Shown here in pieces: positions 51,957 through 56,578 of a stretch of DNA of 56,578 nt. Source of the stretch: a virus (Duplodnaviria; Caudoviricetes); the IMG/VR virus record IMGVR_UViG_3300030012_003637, positions 1 to 56,578 of that record. One strand, written 5' to 3'. Under the pieces are notes generated by a model. That model made no database searches. It was given only the letters and a program-made list of their open reading frames with translations, and had not been told where the DNA came from. Position 1 is the stretch's first letter. Each line of letters starts with the position of its first letter. The translations under genes and the position numbers were made by a program.

Positions 51957-52067
51957 ATGAAAAGGTTATATAATAAACTCAAGGAGCCTATAGTAAGTTT
52001 CTTATTTATAGCACTAGTATTTTACTTATTGTATATCAGCCTATGGATGTTTTGTCCTTGTCCATAA
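51957..52067 (+). CDS. Small membrane peptide (36 aa)
   Basis: MKRLYNKLKEPIVSFLFIALVFYLLYISLWMFCPCP*; aaaggttataATG context. Confidence 0.5.
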   Translation: MKRLYNKLKEPIVSFLFIALVFYLLYISLWMFCPCP

Positions 52068-52424
52068 AAGGCCTCTATAGTACTATTAGTCTGATTTAAG
52101 ACTGATCTACATATGCCATCAATGTGATATAACACTGCCAGTATAGTTCCCTATACGGTACCTCTATGGCTATATCTGCCCAGACCTATCTTCCTCTTTC
52201 TCATAACTTTTTACCTATAGGTTTATATATAAATATATATAGATATATAGAGATACTAAGTTTAGCCTATAAAAATACAGGATTTATACGGGATTAATAA
52301 AAATAAGTATAAATTATTACCTATAGTACTATCTATTGTGGTACTTATCGTTATACTTACTGGAATAATATTGGTAATCCTTTGGTGATACCTTCAGATC
52401 CAATATACTAACAATTACTCTATA

Positions 52425-52456
52425 ATAATATAAGAAGATTTTTGGTAGTTTCCAAC
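52425..52456 (-). promoter_or_regulatory. Early-type promoter on the minus strand
   Basis: Reverse complement GTTG gaaactaccaaaaatcttct TATATTAT, exact 20-nt spacer; only clean minus-strand copy seen. Confidence 0.7.
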
Positions 52457-52509
52457 GAAAACCATGGAAATTTTCCGAAAAAAAATTTTGTATATAGGGG
52501 TTTTTTCTA

Positions 52510-52516
52510 TATTTAT
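52510..52516 (+). promoter_or_regulatory. Late-type promoter motif TATTTAT
   Basis: 8 nt before ATG 52525. Confidence 0.5.
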
Positions 52517-52524
52517 ATAAAATT

Positions 52525-52959
52525 ATGAAGAAAATCGACCCTCATACCTTATTTTCTCTATTCGAAGCTAATGATGAGCAAGTATACGAAGAGAATAACG
52601 TTACAGAAGTACTACAGAATCCTTATGTACTAATGGGCATGGTAGTTAGAGGGGTTGATAACTTTTTCCTATTAGATGCTATATATACCAAGAATCATAG
52701 GAAGGAATACCTCAGAACCAAGGATCAAATACAACATAAATATTTTTCAAAGCTTTTTACCTACTTAGAAAGGATAAATTCCGATAAATTTGAGACAAAA
52801 TACATTATCGGTGAGACTTTTGACAGTGGACAAGTAAATAAATCGTTACATACCATGTTATATTTCTTTGAAAACCTCGAAGAATACGAGAAATGCGCAA
52901 TAATCAAGAAATATATAGATTTACTTTACGAAAAACCCAATGTTCGGTTACATATTTAG
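52525..52959 (+). CDS. Hypothetical protein with C-terminal UVR-like motif
   Basis: FFENLEEYEKCAIIKK. Confidence 0.65.
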   Translation: MKKIDPHTLFSLFEANDEQVYEENNVTEVLQNPYVLMGMVVRGVDNFFLLDAIYTKNHRKEYLRTKDQIQHKYFSKLFTYLERINSDKFETKYIIGETFDSGQVNKSLHTMLYFFENLEEYEKCAIIKKYIDLLYEKPNVRLHI

Positions 52960-52976
52960 GAATTAAACTCTAAAAT

Positions 52977-53060
52977 ATGATTACTTTATTAAAAGTAGTA
53001 GGATTATTTATACTATTTTGGTTCGTTATGAACAGGTGGTTTAAATATTTAGATAAATAA
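52977..53060 (+). CDS. Small membrane peptide (27 aa)
   Basis: MITLLKVVGLFILFWFVMNRWFKYLDK*. Confidence 0.4.
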   Translation: MITLLKVVGLFILFWFVMNRWFKYLDK

Positions 53061-53071
53061 AAGGGGAAATA

Positions 53072-53103
53072 GTTGGAATTCTGCATAATTCTTCTTATAT
53101 TAT
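53072..53103 (+). promoter_or_regulatory. Early-type promoter
   Basis: GTTG-N20-TATATTAT. Confidence 0.75.
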
Positions 53104-53124
53104 GGTATATTTAAAAACGGTTAT

Positions 53125-53445
53125 ATGAATTATCAAGAAAAGGTAAAAAAATCCAAGAAATTATTAGATAAAGTTTATTCTCTAAAGGATAAAGAGGATA
53201 TCTTAGTAGAGTTTGGAGTAGATAGGTTTAGTAAGAAGCCTAGAGAGTTTAGAATTAGAGCTTATAATAATTACAGAGGCGACGGCGTTCACTATAGTAT
53301 ATGGGAAAATAAAGGTATAGGAGGTATGAATATAGAGAAGGTAGGTAAGACTACTATGAAAGGATATACATATGATATGATGTCTCAAAAGACTACTTTT
53401 ACGTTTCCTTTATATGAAATGAACATAGTAGAACCAAAGTCATGA
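53125..53445 (+). CDS. Hypothetical protein
   Basis: 106 aa; acggttatATG. Confidence 0.7.
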   Translation: MNYQEKVKKSKKLLDKVYSLKDKEDILVEFGVDRFSKKPREFRIRAYNNYRGDGVHYSIWENKGIGGMNIEKVGKTTMKGYTYDMMSQKTTFTFPLYEMNIVEPKS

Positions 53446-53708
53446 TAGTACCTCAGTATCTCCAGTCTCAACTCTCAGATTTTATTACCCATAGATTTAA
53501 AGATATCTCTATAGATAAACACTCTATGGACAAACCAGACTGGAATCTAACGGTTACCGGCAAATACTCTTATATCATGAATATACGTAAAGGTTATCCT
53601 ATAAGCGTAATGGTATCGGAGATATCTAAACAAAAATATACCGAAGAGGCCTTCTATAATAGAGCCGCTTTAGAATTTGAATTAAACGATAATATAAAGT
53701 ATGGATAA
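53442..53708 (+). CDS. Hypothetical protein
   Basis: 88 aa; ATGA overlap. Confidence 0.6.
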   Translation: MIVPQYLQSQLSDFITHRFKDISIDKHSMDKPDWNLTVTGKYSYIMNIRKGYPISVMVSEISKQKYTEEAFYNRAALEFELNDNIKYG

Positions 53709-54324
53709 ACTAATAGAAAAAATTTCGTGGCAACTTTGCGCGTTTTGCGCGGCGAGCGCGGTGCTTTTTTCATGTACTATAGAAGAGATCTCCCCTCCCC
53801 CTTGCCTTGACGGTGATTGCAACGCCGAAATGATCTTTCCGGTCGAAGCAGATGAGAACGGTTATTACCATATTGAGTTAGATTGGACAGGAGAATACTT
53901 ACCTTACTTCAACGTTGACGTTTTTGCATCTAAACTTAATAGCCATTATACGTATAACGGAGTTCATAACGTAGAAGCACGTTTCGATAGCGATACTTAT
54001 TGGATTATAGGAGATACCTTAACGGTAACGGTTAATAACTACAACCCTTTCCAAGGTCCATACGATTATTCCGGCAATCTTCTACCTAATAGCACCACCA
54101 CAGTAGACTTAACCCAGTTTGCAGGTATGAAAGTTAACATGGTTCAGGGTACTAGCATAAGATTTTCAGATGACCACCACAGATTACGTAGTAGACGTTC
54201 AGTAGGACCTATTCCTCCTATGGCTATAGGTGATACTATTACGCTTTATATGGAGGTTTATTGGGATGCAGGTAGTGAATCCGTACTTAAAGACAACTTT
54301 TTGGAAAAATTTATTGTAGAATAG
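53701..54324 (+). CDS. Lipoprotein
   Basis: Lipobox VLFS|C followed by TIEE; beta-rich body. Confidence 0.7.
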   Translation: MDKLIEKISWQLCAFCAASAVLFSCTIEEISPPPCLDGDCNAEMIFPVEADENGYYHIELDWTGEYLPYFNVDVFASKLNSHYTYNGVHNVEARFDSDTYWIIGDTLTVTVNNYNPFQGPYDYSGNLLPNSTTTVDLTQFAGMKVNMVQGTSIRFSDDHHRLRSRRSVGPIPPMAIGDTITLYMEVYWDAGSESVLKDNFLEKFIVE

Positions 54325-54355
54325 TTGATCTTTTGAAAAAAAATCATTATCTTAA
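54324..54355 (+). promoter_or_regulatory. Early-type promoter (variant)
   Basis: GTTG-N20-TATCTTAA. Confidence 0.55.
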
Positions 54356-54444
54356 TTATATATTAAGAATTAAATATAAATAAATACTTAATTATATTAA
54401 TAATATATGAATAATTTAATAATATAACAAATAATTAATCTAAT

Positions 54445-55179
54445 ATGTCATTGCAAGCGGAGAAAATCCATTCGAATTACGAGAAACATCTTAAAATAGT
54501 CGATCACTACATTACCGATCGTAAGGATAAATGTAAAAAGCTTATAGAACACCTTGGCGAAGCCTATATTATGGCTCCAGCTAGTGGTAAGTCTTGGCAT
54601 CATAATGCATTTCCAGGTGGTTATGTAGATCATGTTAATAGAGTAGTAGAGTTTTCACTTAAACAGATGAAACTTTACAAGGAGATGGGAGGTACTATAG
54701 ACTTTACAGAAGAAGAATTAGTATTTGCAGCTTTATTCCATGATTTAGGTAAAATAGGAGATGGTACTAAAGAGAATTACGTAATACAGACCGATGAATG
54801 GAGGAAAAATAAACTATTTGAAAACTATACTTACAATCCAGACTTGGATTTTATGTTAGTTCCTGATAGATCTTTGTTTATACTACAGAAATTTGGTATA
54901 CCTGTTACGCAGAACGAATTTTTAGGTATAAGATTACATGATGGCGTGTTCGATAAGGCTAATGAAGCCTATTTTTACAGTAACTACCCTACTTCTAGGA
55001 TGAAAACTAATATCGTATTCATTTTACACTCGGCAGACTTCTTAATGTCTAAGTTAGAATTTGATCTTTGGCGTAATGATGGGGGAAAACTAGTTCCTAA
55101 AGAAACTAAACCAAGATACGGTCAAAAGAAACCTATAAAAGCCTCAAAAGGCCTAAATAAAATGTTAAAAAACTTATAA
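54445..55179 (+). CDS. HD-domain phosphohydrolase
   Basis: APAS...HH.AFPGG..DH, ALFHDLGK, IRLHDG, LHSAD. Confidence 0.88.
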   Translation: MSLQAEKIHSNYEKHLKIVDHYITDRKDKCKKLIEHLGEAYIMAPASGKSWHHNAFPGGYVDHVNRVVEFSLKQMKLYKEMGGTIDFTEEELVFAALFHDLGKIGDGTKENYVIQTDEWRKNKLFENYTYNPDLDFMLVPDRSLFILQKFGIPVTQNEFLGIRLHDGVFDKANEAYFYSNYPTSRMKTNIVFILHSADFLMSKLEFDLWRNDGGKLVPKETKPRYGQKKPIKASKGLNKMLKNL

Positions 55180-55180
55180 A

Positions 55181-55489
55181 ATGGAAATTTTTTACGTAAT
55201 TATTGGAATATTAGTTGCCTTTTCGGGAACTTTAGTGTATATTATTAGAAACTTGATGGTAAAAGTAGAGAAATACGAAGATGTTACCTTAGATCAAACA
55301 CAATATCTTCAGAATATCTCTAATATTATCGGAGAGTCTAAAAAACACTTACAGAATCTTGATGAACGAGGGGTCTTTCAAAGTGATGATGAAGTGGGAG
55401 AATTTTTTAAACAGATGACAGCTGTCCAAGAAGAATTGGACAAGTATATGCTCCCGGAAAATTATGGCAAGGAAGAGATCGAAAGCTAA
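55181..55489 (+). CDS. Single-TM hypothetical protein
   Basis: N-terminal TM; FQSDDEVG.FF motif. Confidence 0.7.
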   Translation: MEIFYVIIGILVAFSGTLVYIIRNLMVKVEKYEDVTLDQTQYLQNISNIIGESKKHLQNLDERGVFQSDDEVGEFFKQMTAVQEELDKYMLPENYGKEEIES

Positions 55490-56168
55490 CTACTTTACAA
55501 AAGAGACAGAAGAATACATAGTTAAATTTAACGAGTCTGAAGATCAAGATTATAGAAAAAAGATCTTTACAGAACACATTTACTACCCTTTTTACAAGCT
55601 AGCAGAAAACATTATACATACTTTTAAGTTTTACTACACCGACGTAGAGAAGATAGAAGACTTAAAGCACGAAATAGTATCAGTTATTTACGAGGAAAAG
55701 ATTATGAAGTTTGATCCTACTAATGGAGCAAAAGCATACTCTTATTTTGGAACTATAGTTAAAAGATGGTTAATAAACTATAATAATAAAAACTATAAAA
55801 AACTAAAACAGGTAGGAAATTTTTCCGATATAGAAGACCAATACGAACAGGAATTAAAAGTAGATCATAAAGCTGCTAAAAACTTAAGTGATTTTATCGA
55901 TAACTGGGTAGAACATGCATATAGCATATTAGAAGAGTTATTTGCTAAAGACTCAGATAAACATATAGCAGATGCAGTATTAACTATTTTTAAAACTAGA
56001 CACGATCTAGATATATTTAAAAAGAAAGCTCTTTATATATACATAAGAGAAATGACTGATTGTGATACTCCTAATTTAACAAAAGTAATAAACGTATTAA
56101 AAGCAGACTTTAGAAAACGCTATCAAAAAGCCTACGATATTGGGCTTTTACGAAATAATTCTGATTAA
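55464..56168 (+). CDS. Phage sigma factor, T4 gp55-like (putative late sigma)
   Basis: NYFTKETE, KLAENII, KFDP..G.KAYSYFGTIVKR, resembling gp55 region 2 (FDP..S.NPFAYFT). Confidence 0.65.
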   Translation: MARKRSKANYFTKETEEYIVKFNESEDQDYRKKIFTEHIYYPFYKLAENIIHTFKFYYTDVEKIEDLKHEIVSVIYEEKIMKFDPTNGAKAYSYFGTIVKRWLINYNNKNYKKLKQVGNFSDIEDQYEQELKVDHKAAKNLSDFIDNWVEHAYSILEELFAKDSDKHIADAVLTIFKTRHDLDIFKKKALYIYIREMTDCDTPNLTKVINVLKADFRKRYQKAYDIGLLRNNSD

Positions 56169-56171
56169 AAC

Positions 56172-56178
56172 TATTTAT
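56172..56178 (+). promoter_or_regulatory. Late-type promoter motif TATTTAT
   Basis: Intergenic, 12 nt before ATG 56191. Confidence 0.55.
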
Positions 56179-56190
56179 TAATAAAGAATT

Positions 56191-56562
56191 ATGAGCATCG
56201 ATAAAGAAATATTTAAAGGTAAAACTTTATCTGACCTTTTTGGAGAGATTTACGACAACTCTAAAGAAACTAAAGCCCAGGTAAAAGGACTTATAGGAGA
56301 GTTAAAACCTCTTATAGAAAATATTGGTGACGCTACACTTTTAGTACCTATGATTAAAGAGTATATGGAGATAGGTGTTAAGAATGATGAGCACCTTATT
56401 AAGCTAGCTCAAGTCATTCAAAGACTAGAAGCAACAATAGCTAGAGGCGGCACTGAAGAGTTTGATTTATCTGAACTTCAAGATCTAATAGAAGAACAAG
56501 GTCTTATGGATGATGAAGTAAAACAAGTAGGAGAAGGTAAAGGAGATAAAGAAGAAGAGTAA
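56191..56562 (+). CDS. Hypothetical helical protein
   Basis: 123 aa; VPMIKEY.EIGVKNDE.L.KLA motif. Confidence 0.7.
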   Translation: MSIDKEIFKGKTLSDLFGEIYDNSKETKAQVKGLIGELKPLIENIGDATLLVPMIKEYMEIGVKNDEHLIKLAQVIQRLEATIARGGTEEFDLSELQDLIEEQGLMDDEVKQVGEGKGDKEEE

Positions 56563-56578
56563 ACATGTTATTAGGTAA

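Larger units (their letters stand above)
51594..52524. other. Largely non-coding ~930-bp region, candidate replication origin/control region
   Basis: Only long gene-poor gap; bidirectional promoter motifs; five CTATAG, with CTATAGTACTAT exactly duplicated at 52075 and 52321; (AT)n runs. Confidence 0.45.

Noticed and set aside
2448-54633. Minus-strand ORFs in the track (e.g. 2448-2636, 4950-5186, 15829-16044, 17131-17457, 23253-23513, 42751-42954, 49319-49552, 54448-54633)
   Set aside because: All lie antisense to well-supported + strand genes, have shadow-like composition and lack promoter or start context.
1-56578. Stop-codon reassignment (alternative genetic code)
   Set aside because: Conserved genes are full length in code 11, and TAG, TGA and TAA all end genes at sensible positions.
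1-56578. Cellular (bacterial) chromosome origin
   Set aside because: Housekeeping-like genes are isolated among tiny ORFs on one strand, with phage-type PolA, a gp55-like sigma and uniform promoters; no cellular operon structure.

Overview
A 56.6-kb, AT-rich (roughly 30% GC by eye) segment of a large tailed dsDNA phage genome. It is gene-dense and almost entirely + strand, and it reads in standard code 11. The host is most likely a Bacteroidota (flavobacterial) bacterium, based on about 20 copies of a GTTG-N20-TATATT promoter resembling the Bacteroidota -33/-7 consensus, no obvious Shine-Dalgarno sites, bS21 and Hc1-like genes, and Bacteroidota-type lipoproteins. No capsid or tail genes are recognisable. 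Contents: family-A DNA polymerase, QueF, MetK, Hsp20/GroES/GroEL, SAM and purine salvage genes, two SET proteins, flavodoxin and an FNR-like reductase, an outer-membrane beta-barrel module, a DUF2589 pair, a candidate lysis cassette, a 12-kb glycosylation island, many small early genes, a ~0.9-kb non-coding region (candidate origin) and a gp55-like sigma factor. The best novelty candidate is 43375-45701. It encodes a circularly permuted ATP-grasp-like domain fused to three tandem Hint domains that bracket a 10-residue peptide (FKGLPPGGLC), followed by an unannotated 44-aa ORF; this may be a self-processing peptide-maturation or cyclisation system. Other notable signals are an initiator-tRNA-derived RNA with a 76-nt segment in place of the anticodon loop, a 21-bp G-U-containing panhandle enclosing the whole hsp20 gene, and a covarying GC-rich element present in 2-3 copies. 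All protein calls come from motif recognition by eye; no searches were run.
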